Below, in pieces: positions 48,398-57,798 of a DNA stretch of 64,000 nucleotides. The stretch spans positions 1 to 64,000 of the IMG/VR virus record IMGVR_UViG_3300037333_000013, one strand, 5' to 3'. The position numbers were made by a program, and so were the translations under genes. Source of the DNA: a virus. The notes beneath the pieces are model-generated. The model saw only the letters and a program-made list of their open reading frames with translations. It was not told the origin of the DNA and made no database searches. Position 1 is the first letter of the stretch, and each line of letters opens with the position of its first letter.

Positions 48398-50444
48398 GTA
48401 CTATTCCTTTTAAATTTAACCCTATTGATTGGGTAATCCCTTTGAGTGTCTTTAATACGACCTCTTCTCCAAACGGAATCTCTTTTCTGTTTACAATCTT
48501 ATCGATATTGGATGGCTTTGGTTCATCGAGTAGTTTCCTAGCAATGTGATACTTTGTCTTCATTGCTAAGGAACGGTCTCTCATCTCTGCCAATACAGCT
48601 GGGTGACAGTAGCTCGCCACAAATCGTGTCTCCGTCTCAGACCACTTCGTTGATTTCTCATTGATGACAGAACCTTCTTTTTGAGAAGTCGGTGGTGCAA
48701 CAGGTATCCCTAACGGATTAAGTCTAGAACTCGCAACAACCAACCCATCATCTGCAATCTTATTCAGAGAGAACATATATTGTGTATGCACATGTGTTGG
48801 CATGACACTCATCTCGTATCCTCCGTCGGATGTTGGTATCTTTACTACTTCCTCTTTAATAGCATACTCTGACTCACGTATCTTATCCATAATCACTGAG
48901 AACTTTGTCGCTTTACCATCTTCTCCTTTTACACCTAATGGTATTGGGTATGATATATGCGACTTATAGAACGACAGATACATCCTCGCACGTCGTTCCG
49001 GTTTTGCGTTTTCTAGTATCATTGCTTTCTCTGGATTCACTAACTTAAAGAGACCGATATACATTCTATCTAATTCAGATAGGTTGTCATTGACAAACTC
49101 TTTCACACTACCATTACGTGTGTTTATGAATGCTTTTATTTTCATATCTAAGACACGTACTGCTGTCCCAACATACCCCTCACCTAGATTTCCTAAATTC
49201 ATACGGTGCATATTTGAGTTCGATACAATCATGATATCTGCACGAATTCCGTTTGCATCGACAGGCATCATCTCTTTAGGGACAACAACAGAGATAACCC
49301 CTTTACTACCATGTGTTGTTGTTTGTTTAAATCCAACGTTTACCTTTCTTGTGTATTGCAACGTAATCTCTATGGTGAATGTAGGAACACGTTGTTTCTT
49401 CACTTGTCTGTCTACTTTAGGGTGATAAAGCTTTTGTAGTCTGACTAGTTCTACATATAGTTCATTCTCAAAGTCTACATCTCTATGTGTGTCACTGTAA
49501 TGTTTACATCTGTTGATGAAGTTTAGGTCAAAACTCTTCTTGTTCATCGCAAGCTCCATGAGCATGTCGTGTGCTACTGATAAAGTGTTTGTTTTCTTAC
49601 CGTCAGGGTTGTGTAGTACGGTGACATCAACAACACGTGCGGCTGGAGAGTCTACTTTATACAGATGGTCGTGTATATAGTCAACATAAGACAAATCTTT
49701 ATAACTACAATTTGATAAGAAGTTATCATCGTCCATCTCACGGGTTGCCATGACCAATGCACCACTACCAATAATATCTCCTACTCTAGGGAGTGGCTTA
49801 TATTCATTCTCATCTCCATGCACGTTTAATAGTACTGTTCTACCGTCAGAGTATGTCTTAAAGGACGAGAACAAGTCCATTTCAAACATATCTTGATAAG
49901 CATCAGAGATGTAGAATGCATCTTCTGCTACTTCTGATTTACTGGTATACATAATACTACAGTTCTTTCCGTATGCAAATATACCATCTTTCTCTGCATT
50001 TGTTGACGTTAAGTCTAAAGTGTCATAGATACCACCTTCTCTTAGGTTCATCATATCTTTCGTGAACTTCTGTTCGTAGCCGAACTTCTTATCTTTCTTC
50101 CCCCATCTATCTACTTTAATAAATCCTAGCTTGTTTTCATCTAGGTTCTTATAAATCACGTTGACATAGGTTGCATCTTCTATCTCGCCGTACGTACCTT
50201 TTCCTAGCTCAAAATATGGCAGTATTGCTATGACTTCGAACTTACACCTTATGCGATGATGATAGTTCATCTCTCTAAACTCTTTCTCTAGTGTTGAGAT
50301 GATATATGGTGTATCTGGATTCTTTATTGAAACAGCGTTACCCATTTGTGTAAAGAACATATACTTTCTACTAGACGAATCCATATTCGCTTGTGGACAA
50401 AGTGCTGTTGCACTATACGCTTTTTTATCTAACTCTACCTGCAT
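48384..50444 (-). CDS. Non-virion RNA polymerase beta subunit (phiKZ gp71-73-like)
   Basis: SSSRKYMF..Q, AEDA, GFKQTTTHGSKGVIS, RMNLG, ETETR. Confidence 0.85.
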   Translation of the reverse strand: MQVELDKKAYSATALCPQANMDSSSRKYMFFTQMGNAVSIKNPDTPYIISTLEKEFREMNYHHRIRCKFEVIAILPYFELGKGTYGEIEDATYVNVIYKNLDENKLGFIKVDRWGKKDKKFGYEQKFTKDMMNLREGGIYDTLDLTSTNAEKDGIFAYGKNCSIMYTSKSEVAEDAFYISDAYQDMFEMDLFSSFKTYSDGRTVLLNVHGDENEYKPLPRVGDIIGSGALVMATREMDDDNFLSNCSYKDLSYVDYIHDHLYKVDSPAARVVDVTVLHNPDGKKTNTLSVAHDMLMELAMNKKSFDLNFINRCKHYSDTHRDVDFENELYVELVRLQKLYHPKVDRQVKKQRVPTFTIEITLQYTRKVNVGFKQTTTHGSKGVISVVVPKEMMPVDANGIRADIMIVSNSNMHRMNLGNLGEGYVGTAVRVLDMKIKAFINTRNGSVKEFVNDNLSELDRMYIGLFKLVNPEKAMILENAKPERRARMYLSFYKSHISYPIPLGVKGEDGKATKFSVIMDKIRESEYAIKEEVVKIPTSDGGYEMSVMPTHVHTQYMFSLNKIADDGLVVASSRLNPLGIPVAPPTSQKEGSVINEKSTKWSETETRFVASYCHPAVLAEMRDRSLAMKTKYHIARKLLDEPKPSNIDKIVNRKEIPFGEEVVLKTLKGITQSIGLNLKGIVRDKD

Positions 50445-50473
50445 ACTTTCTCCTTTGTTGTAGGTTACATTTA

Positions 50474-50482
50474 AATAATATA
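50474..50482 (-). promoter_or_regulatory. Early promoter motif upstream of nvRNAP genes
   Basis: TATATTATTtaaaTGTA. Confidence 0.7.
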
Positions 50483-50516
50483 TAAGTATAAAAAGACATT
50501 AAAAATAGGATAGATA

Positions 50517-50813
50517 ATGCTAGATAAATTCGTGACAGTTGGAAAACGTGTAGTTGATAAAAGTAAGAAATATGAAGTACGTAAAGTTATTACTGCTAAT
50601 GATAAAGATATAGTAGAGATAGAACTCAATACAGTCAATGCACGTGCTTATATTGGTGACTTCTATGGGTTACTTATGACGTTAAAGATTGATAGACATT
50701 TATGGAACGAAGTGATGGACTTAAACAATATACGATGCTCCTCTGATTATAATGGAAATATTCACGTATTAAAGACGTTCGGAACAACAACTATACAAAA
50801 AACAAATATGTAG
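50517..50813 (+). CDS. Small conserved hypothetical protein
   Basis: Y.GDFYGLL...LN motif; opposite-strand gene between gp70- and gp71-like genes. Confidence 0.65.
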   Translation: MLDKFVTVGKRVVDKSKKYEVRKVITANDKDIVEIELNTVNARAYIGDFYGLLMTLKIDRHLWNEVMDLNNIRCSSDYNGNIHVLKTFGTTTIQKTNM

Positions 50814-50817
50814 CACC

Positions 50818-50843
50818 TCCCATAGGCACACGTGCCTATGGGA
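50818..50843. terminator. Palindrome at convergent junction
   Basis: TCCCATAGGCAC-ac-GTGCCTATGGGA. Confidence 0.6.
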
Positions 50844-52206
50844 TAGATGTTCTTGTTATTTTTGTGTTCTGTTGTTGTGGTATGTATCCTTGTTGCATAT
50901 ATTGTGGATATGCCTGTTGTGCTTGTTGGTATTGCTGTGTCTGTTGTGGTGGCACGTTATAACTATATTGTTGTACCTGTTGACTTTGTTGTTGTCCTTT
51001 ACCATACACATATGGTGTAACAGCCATCTGTCCATTTTGCGTATTCTGAGCCACTACCATCTCGATACCATTCATCAAGTTTATGACATTCCCATAGTTG
51101 TCTACATATGGATAGGTCTTCTGTTGTTGCATTTGTTGTTGTGTCTGCTGTTGTGGCATTACATACTGTTGTTGTAGTTGTTGTTGCATTTGCTGTTGTG
51201 GAACTACATACTGTTGTTGCATTTGTTGTTGTGCAAGTTGTGGTATGATGTCTGACAGTGGTACGATGTTTGTTCCATTGTTTGACTCCTCTTCAGATGT
51301 GTCGGTATCTTCTTGTTGTTCATACCTGATTTCTGTTTTATCCTTAATGTCGATGTATGGTATCGCCGATGCCATTGATGTAAAACTAGAAAGTTTCTTT
51401 ACGTCATTATAGGTTAGTGTCTTGTTAAACATAGAAACATATCCAGAGTCAGGTGTAGCTATTGGTTCAATCTCGTCAAGTACATCGGTTATCTTTACGA
51501 TTGACTTAATGAGCGTTGTTGCAACTGTATGTTTTGCTAATACAGAGTAACCTAGTCTTGTACCAAACATATCGTTAATGTGTTCTAGATACGCAATCAA
51601 TACTTCACTGTCTATTCTTCTGTACTTTGGATACAGTTCTTTCACTGTCTCTGACTCGATTGATTCTAATAGCTTATGCTTAATAACCATAGCACTAGGG
51701 ACTTTCTCACCATCTACCTCAATGTTCGTTCTATAATGCAGTGAGACAATCTTATCACCACTCTCCAAGAACTTGATGTAGTTAGATAGCATTGTCTCAT
51801 CATAGAGTTTCTTCGATGCTTTCTTTGCACCTTCTACTGTTGAGAAGAACTTACCATTTGAACGCACTGTCTTAAAGTCATAATCTACCTTGTTAATCTG
51901 GTTCTGAACAAACGACACCAAGATAGATTTTAGTGTTAAGTTTAAGTTCAACTCTATAATCTTTAATATCTTGTTTGTGATTGGTTCCTTTGATTGGTTC
52001 CTATATCTGATTAGGTTTTCATAGAGTGGGTTGAAAATCACTGCCCTAATCTCCCCATCAATTAGATACCTCTTATTCACATTGTACAACTCTAGTGGAT
52101 ACCCTTGTACCATTAACTTAGAGTTTCCAACCATCACGACATCATCTTCTACATCCAGACAGAGGCTCTTTAAGAACCTCTTATAAAACTTTTGTAACTC
52201 TTCCAT
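50836..52206 (-). CDS. phiKZ gp70-like protein with Q-rich C-terminal tail
   Basis: FY...L.SL and FNPLYEN motifs; synteny after gp68/gp69. Confidence 0.55.
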   Translation of the reverse strand: MEELQKFYKRFLKSLCLDVEDDVVMVGNSKLMVQGYPLELYNVNKRYLIDGEIRAVIFNPLYENLIRYRNQSKEPITNKILKIIELNLNLTLKSILVSFVQNQINKVDYDFKTVRSNGKFFSTVEGAKKASKKLYDETMLSNYIKFLESGDKIVSLHYRTNIEVDGEKVPSAMVIKHKLLESIESETVKELYPKYRRIDSEVLIAYLEHINDMFGTRLGYSVLAKHTVATTLIKSIVKITDVLDEIEPIATPDSGYVSMFNKTLTYNDVKKLSSFTSMASAIPYIDIKDKTEIRYEQQEDTDTSEEESNNGTNIVPLSDIIPQLAQQQMQQQYVVPQQQMQQQLQQQYVMPQQQTQQQMQQQKTYPYVDNYGNVINLMNGIEMVVAQNTQNGQMAVTPYVYGKGQQQSQQVQQYSYNVPPQQTQQYQQAQQAYPQYMQQGYIPQQQNTKITRTSIP

Positions 52207-52217
52207 AATACCTCCTC

Positions 52218-53717
52218 TTAGATATTTATAATTGCTTCTGATAATGTTTTTACATTATTAGACGCTGTTGTTTGCTCATCGTAGTTTGCTATGACAGGAC
52301 TCATCGTTGAGTATGCATAAGTACTGAACGACGATACTTTTGTCCCTATTCCACCTACTGTTACCTCTACTCTTGCACCCATCTTATTGATGAGTATCCC
52401 TAATCCAATATCTCTTCCTTGCGACACCAATGGGAATACAGTTGTCTGTACCATAGACACAATTGCTTGGAACACTGTTACTGGATTCATACCATCCCTT
52501 GAGAACATCAAATGGTCGTTAATGAGGTCTACTACAACATTATTTCCTATGTTCATATTGGATACTGTGATATGCATCTCTGTTATTGCAAACTTCTTCA
52601 TAATTGGTTGTAGTGCATCGACAAACATATGGGCAGTTGTATCTAATATAGACTCACCACTATTTTCATCAGCATCATATAGATTACTTGCTACATTCGC
52701 GTTCGTTTCAACCAGGAGCATATTGTCATCTACATATCTTTCACCATTGATACCTATCTCGTTGAATAGTTCTACCAATGTATTGTATGTAAAACTCGAT
52801 GTACTGTCAAACATACGCTTACTCAACCAGTTGAAAAACGTGTTCATTACCAATTTTGGCTCGCTCACGTACGTTGCCGCTCTCGCACCTACTCTGTATC
52901 TATCTTCTTCTTTCATACCGTAGTCGTGTGCTAACGATATATTTGTGAGTGTTGTACCTAGTGACTCGATAGGATTGTTATGTTCCGATTTACTCTCTAT
53001 TGGTTTTGTATCGATAGTTGATACCACAGCATTGTCACCATTCATTCCGGATGCCATAAAGTCTAAACTTAAGTCTGTTGGTCTGATACTATACAACTTC
53101 TCATGTTTTCCCATAATCTCCATCTTCTCATAATCAAACTCTATTGTCGTTCCGTATGGATTAGACAATACATTATATGCCTCACTAAGTACATTGTTCT
53201 GATAGATAGAGACAGAGTCAACGATAAACTCTGTATTTGGGTCCAGTGTTCCTTGTAGTGTCTTATCTGCACCATAAGTATACCCAGAGATGACAGTCTC
53301 TTCTACCGTACACCCCATACCTTGTATTGGCGACTCATTTGTTGTAACGAGCGTAAGCTCAAACGCATAGCGTTTTCCCCATCCACCTTTAATCATTGCC
53401 TCTGATGCGAGTGGTGAATATTGGACAATGTTTGAGTAATTGTTCGATAAATTCTCTACTGAAAACGCATTCTCTCTAAATCTACTAAAGTCCTCTTGCA
53501 GTCCTGCCTTTGACATATCATCTAGCACTAGGTGTTTACCTCTACGGTAGTTCTTCGTAGCAAGTGTCTCAGTAAGTTCGAAACTCTTGATTCTCATTGT
53601 TCTGAGTTTTATCAAGTGTAAGTCGAATGTCTCTTGCACCATTGCTGTTTGCTCATCTAGTGTTGGCTGTGCTTGTTGTGTCATTTGATTATTTAGTTCG
53701 TTTAAGTATGGGTTCAT
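52218..53717 (-). CDS. phiKZ gp69-like protein (PicA/Imp1, phage-nucleus protein import)
   Basis: I.GGW..RYAF.L, ISGYT, LDPNT.F.V.S and IRPTD; immediately downstream of the gp68-like gene. Confidence 0.6.
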   Translation of the reverse strand: MNPYLNELNNQMTQQAQPTLDEQTAMVQETFDLHLIKLRTMRIKSFELTETLATKNYRRGKHLVLDDMSKAGLQEDFSRFRENAFSVENLSNNYSNIVQYSPLASEAMIKGGWGKRYAFELTLVTTNESPIQGMGCTVEETVISGYTYGADKTLQGTLDPNTEFIVDSVSIYQNNVLSEAYNVLSNPYGTTIEFDYEKMEIMGKHEKLYSIRPTDLSLDFMASGMNGDNAVVSTIDTKPIESKSEHNNPIESLGTTLTNISLAHDYGMKEEDRYRVGARAATYVSEPKLVMNTFFNWLSKRMFDSTSSFTYNTLVELFNEIGINGERYVDDNMLLVETNANVASNLYDADENSGESILDTTAHMFVDALQPIMKKFAITEMHITVSNMNIGNNVVVDLINDHLMFSRDGMNPVTVFQAIVSMVQTTVFPLVSQGRDIGLGILINKMGARVEVTVGGIGTKVSSFSTYAYSTMSPVIANYDEQTTASNNVKTLSEAIINI

Positions 53718-55228
53718 TATATTTCCTTTATGTGTTTGATATATCTGGCGAAGTCATTTCGCACATCTGGTGTTTGTCCCATATAGTCTTCTTGTACGTC
53801 TCTATATGGTTCTTCTAGTAGGTATGTATAGTGACCCAAGTTAATAGAGTCTGTCATCGCATTGATGACCTCTGTTATCTTGTCATCTTTACTCTTCTTT
53901 ACATATACTCTATACTCATTCGATAGCTCTTCTACTAGCTCTCTCTTTACAGAATATAATCGTATCGGCTTTGTAATTCTACCTTTACCTATCGTATATG
54001 TCGTATCCACTGACATCAACATATATTTTGCCATCGGTGCATGACCATTCTCTATTGCGTAAGCAGCAAACACAACAGCCATATTTACAACTTGTTCCCT
54101 CTCTAGTACAGGATAAGCTAATGGACTATCGTACGGTAATCCTAATATACGTTTTGTCATAGTGAGTTTTAATAAATTCACAGTGAACGGATGTAAGATA
54201 TGTGTACTGTCAAACATTGGTTCAGCCATCTTCAAGAATTTCTCAACAAGAGACATATCTTTTATGCCGAAGTCTTTTGCTAGTCTTGTTATATCACGAT
54301 ACTGTTTACGCATCACCTCGACTTTACCAGGGCTATATGGTGTTGCTTGTCTATATGTCTCAAAGATAGACTGTTCACTATCAGCATCACCAGTAGAAGA
54401 TGGTCCTTTCACAGTAAACTTATGCTCTGATTTCTTATTGCTGTTGAAGATGTTAGACACCAAGTAGTACATTCCACCAATGATGTTGCTATGTGATGGG
54501 GGGTTCTTAATGGTTGCATAAGTTGGGAATGTCTTGAATAAAAGCGTCCCTAACACATACTCTGTCACCTCTGTTGAACCAATGTTCTCTACCATAGTAG
54601 AGACTCGCATTCTATTCTCTTCTCCACCAGACGTCTTATCAATGTGTGATGTGATGAAACGTTCTAGTCTCAACATTGGCTCAGTCTGTGTGAACTCTTT
54701 ATACCCTCTCTTTAGGATAATGAACAATGCTTCGTGTGTGTATTGCTTAATCAACATATCCGTTAGTGGTATCAGCACTTTAGAAGCTATGACGATTGTC
54801 ATTAAGTCTATAAACTCACTCTTTAAATAAGTCTGGTCTCTAGACTCAATAGCGTTCTTCTCGTTATCCATATTGAATGTCTCTTTTAGTCTATCTGGTG
54901 CAGTCATTCCCTCCCTGAGTATAAACTCTTTAATCACAGTGATATCCATATAAGATAGTAACTCTCTCATATAGTATCCTGCTTTTTGTATATCAGCACC
55001 TTTGGATAACTCTTTCCACATCTGCTTGTAGACAGTCTCTATTCTATCGTTCAATTTATAGTGTTCTACAAACCGATTAAATAGTTCCAGCATCTCTGGA
55101 TTCTTTAGTAGTTTACTCTGGCTCTTTGCTGTAAATGAAGCGATAGAGAACAATGTTTCTGGATTATCGTTCAGATACGCCATATGTGAACTGTTCTCCC
55201 TTCCTAAAGCTAGTGTTATCAAATTCAC
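53717..55228 (-). CDS. Non-virion RNAP sigma-like specificity subunit (phiKZ gp68-like)
   Basis: RDQTYLKSEFIDL...LIP matches the recalled gp68 RPDQTYLKHDYINL...LVP; S.FE.Y motif. Confidence 0.75.
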   Translation of the reverse strand: MNLITLALGRENSSHMAYLNDNPETLFSIASFTAKSQSKLLKNPEMLELFNRFVEHYKLNDRIETVYKQMWKELSKGADIQKAGYYMRELLSYMDITVIKEFILREGMTAPDRLKETFNMDNEKNAIESRDQTYLKSEFIDLMTIVIASKVLIPLTDMLIKQYTHEALFIILKRGYKEFTQTEPMLRLERFITSHIDKTSGGEENRMRVSTMVENIGSTEVTEYVLGTLLFKTFPTYATIKNPPSHSNIIGGMYYLVSNIFNSNKKSEHKFTVKGPSSTGDADSEQSIFETYRQATPYSPGKVEVMRKQYRDITRLAKDFGIKDMSLVEKFLKMAEPMFDSTHILHPFTVNLLKLTMTKRILGLPYDSPLAYPVLEREQVVNMAVVFAAYAIENGHAPMAKYMLMSVDTTYTIGKGRITKPIRLYSVKRELVEELSNEYRVYVKKSKDDKITEVINAMTDSINLGHYTYLLEEPYRDVQEDYMGQTPDVRNDFARYIKHIKEI

Positions 55229-55281
55229 ATTTTCTCCTTTCTGAATTCGTTAGTTCTATTAGCTACTTAGAACTACACCAA

Positions 55282-55290
55282 AATAATATA
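55282..55290 (-). promoter_or_regulatory. Early promoter motif upstream of the gp68-like operon
   Basis: TATATTATTttggTGTA. Confidence 0.7.
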
Positions 55291-55303
55291 CAAATTAAAA
55301 AAT

Positions 55304-55333
55304 ATTACATGTAGACCGAAGTCTACATGTAAT
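55304..55333 (-). terminator. Terminator after major capsid gene
   Basis: ATTACATGTAGAC-cgaa-GTCTACATGTAAT (UUCG loop on the minus strand) followed by T6. Confidence 0.75.
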
Positions 55334-55337
55334 TTAC

Positions 55338-57326
55338 TTAAGCGATTGCTTGGTAGTATCTAACGTTTTTCTTCGCATACTCTGCGATATCTGGTAACTC
55401 GATATCTAAGAAGATTGGAAGTGTGACGTGGTGTTTACCATAAGATACAGTAGTGATTTTTGATTTGTTATTATCAATACGTTCTGCAACAGCAACGTGT
55501 GATTTAACAAATGAACCTACTCTAAACCCAGCTTTCATTGGGTCACTCGGTGCACCAGATGTACCAATAGCCATTACAGCTCTTTTTGAGAACACTGAAG
55601 ATTCGTTTGACTCTAACTTAACAGGCATCCCGTTCACAGTAATGTCTGAACCAATAGCAGCTACGAGTGCCGGTGGAACGATAAGGACTGGATGATATGC
55701 AATACCACTAGCTTTCGCTACTCTGTTATATCTTGTTCTTGTTGTCATGTCTGCAAAGTGAACACCTAAGAAGTCTTCGAATGAAGTCTTGAATGCTTCT
55801 CTTTTGTCAGTTGACTTATCAGCATCTACCTGGTCATTGACTGAGAATGTTACTTTGTCGTAGTATGAATCAACAACTGCCATAAGTGGATATACGAATG
55901 CTGTTGGTGTTGTTGGTTCTCCACCCCCTACATATGATGCCATCTCTGCAAGTGTATTTTTGATTTTGATAATACCCCTTACAGTTGCTGAGCTGTATGC
56001 TAAAGAGATGAGTGCATTAACATCTAAGTTATCATTTATGTTCCCACCATTAAGAATGCTAGTATGTACACTCGCAACACTGAATGGCTCAATACCTAAC
56101 AGCTTTGTATGGTTCTTACTTACAAGTACAGGTCCCTCTTTTGCTAATGCTAAGTCTGAGATAGTTGCATCGTAGTATACACCTTTTGGCACAATAGTAG
56201 CGACAGCATCGACAATATCTTTTACTGCGGCATCATCTAATGAAATGATGTTTCCAGCTAAATCTCTGATAGCAACAAGTTTGATAGATGTTACGTTTGT
56301 AAGCAGTGGTGTTTTTAAGTTACCAGAACCAGAAACTTGGAACTCTAACTCTGCATTATATGTCATAGGCAATGTATTAAGGTTCTCAGTCTCAGTACCG
56401 TCATACTTTGTCATTGTTGCTAAGTTGAACGCACGTGTCCCACGAATGTTAAGGATAAGACCTTGTTCTTCTCCTTCTCCTTCTCCAGCAATGAATGTTG
56501 TACCATTCATACCCGCAAGATTGAATTTGATATAATCGATAACATCATTATCATCATCATCTTTTGTTGTAATCTCACAAGCAATAGCTTCTACTGATGG
56601 TAGTGTTGCGAGGATTGTTTCTGTTGTTGGAACACCCTCTGTAAGCATTACATCTGTCATAGACTCTGCAATAAGGTCTACATCTACACCTAGCTCTACT
56701 GGTGCTGTTTTGACTTCTTCTTTCGTTTGTGGGTGTACGATTGTTTGCTCGAAATCCGATACAGTATGACCATCATCATTCACAACTGGAATAAGTCTTA
56801 AATCATTGACTGCAAGTGGTCCTTCTACATCATACATCGCATTGATAATGGCGACTGATTCTGGTTTCACTGCTGTTCTTGTTCTACGTGTAGGACGTTC
56901 GATGTATGTTGTTGCAACAGATACTTTCATACCAGCTATGGCCGGGTCTACTTCAACTGTTGGGAAGAAAGCTTCAATAGAGCTATCTTGGTGTCTCTCA
57001 GAAGCATTTACTTCAAAGTTTACTGCGATGATAGCTGCAGGGTCACTATTGTCAAAGTTTTCTGTATCAATCCCTTTGAGACTTAACTCTTTGTCACCAA
57101 CAGCAATTTCATTCTCACCAACCTTTAACGGCTCAGAACCAACTTTTAACCCTTTTGCGAGAGAAAATACTTTCTTTGCTACTTCTTGTCTTCTCTGTGA
57201 ATTTGATTCACTTTCTGCATCCATCGTTGTTACATCAGCACCTGCAATGAGAGAAACTGCTTCATCTTCATCATGTACCGAGCCAATAGAGACAGCTTTG
57301 AGGTCTTCGAATCTTTCTTTTAACAT
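55338..57326 (-). CDS. Major capsid protein (phiKZ gp120-like)
   Basis: TENFD, QD...EAFFPTV.VDP, TAP...G...DL and HH..LPIF motifs; next to DnaB as in phiKZ gp118-120. Confidence 0.8.
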   Translation of the reverse strand: MLKERFEDLKAVSIGSVHDEDEAVSLIAGADVTTMDAESESNSQRRQEVAKKVFSLAKGLKVGSEPLKVGENEIAVGDKELSLKGIDTENFDNSDPAAIIAVNFEVNASERHQDSSIEAFFPTVEVDPAIAGMKVSVATTYIERPTRRTRTAVKPESVAIINAMYDVEGPLAVNDLRLIPVVNDDGHTVSDFEQTIVHPQTKEEVKTAPVELGVDVDLIAESMTDVMLTEGVPTTETILATLPSVEAIACEITTKDDDDNDVIDYIKFNLAGMNGTTFIAGEGEGEEQGLILNIRGTRAFNLATMTKYDGTETENLNTLPMTYNAELEFQVSGSGNLKTPLLTNVTSIKLVAIRDLAGNIISLDDAAVKDIVDAVATIVPKGVYYDATISDLALAKEGPVLVSKNHTKLLGIEPFSVASVHTSILNGGNINDNLDVNALISLAYSSATVRGIIKIKNTLAEMASYVGGGEPTTPTAFVYPLMAVVDSYYDKVTFSVNDQVDADKSTDKREAFKTSFEDFLGVHFADMTTRTRYNRVAKASGIAYHPVLIVPPALVAAIGSDITVNGMPVKLESNESSVFSKRAVMAIGTSGAPSDPMKAGFRVGSFVKSHVAVAERIDNNKSKITTVSYGKHHVTLPIFLDIELPDIAEYAKKNVRYYQAIA

Positions 57327-57384
57327 ATATAAATCCTTTAATGTCTGTGTATTATGTATAGTCGACTACACATCAAGTAATAAG

Positions 57385-57729
57385 CTAATCGTTCTGTGAC
57401 ATCATAATAAGATAGCATCGTTTTAACTCGCCTTTTTTCAGTGCCCGTATCTCTTCTATCTTACGATATACCTCTATGCTCATACCTCCATCACCAATCA
57501 TATTTTTATCCATTTCAAGTAGTGATTCATGAATAATTAGATTCACACCGTCTGTACTCAATAAGTTCTCATTTTCTGGTTTCTGCTTAAGTATACTTTT
57601 TGCACTCATCACGTTCCTTACATACGTTGCTGCATTGTCTATATGTTTCCTATCATACTTATTCAACTTCTCTATGTCGAAGTTTAGTTCTCTCATCAAG
57701 CCATACATACTCTTAGGTATCACTAACAT
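57385..57729 (-). CDS. Hypothetical protein (gp119 position)
   Basis: 114-aa ORF between DnaB and capsid genes. Confidence 0.6.
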   Translation of the reverse strand: MLVIPKSMYGLMRELNFDIEKLNKYDRKHIDNAATYVRNVMSAKSILKQKPENENLLSTDGVNLIIHESLLEMDKNMIGDGGMSIEVYRKIEEIRALKKGELKRCYLIMMSQND

Positions 57730-57798
57730 ATTTATCCTTTTCTATTATTCAGTTAATCTCCATCTGATTCTGTTGTTTGAAAATTTAAAGGATAAACA

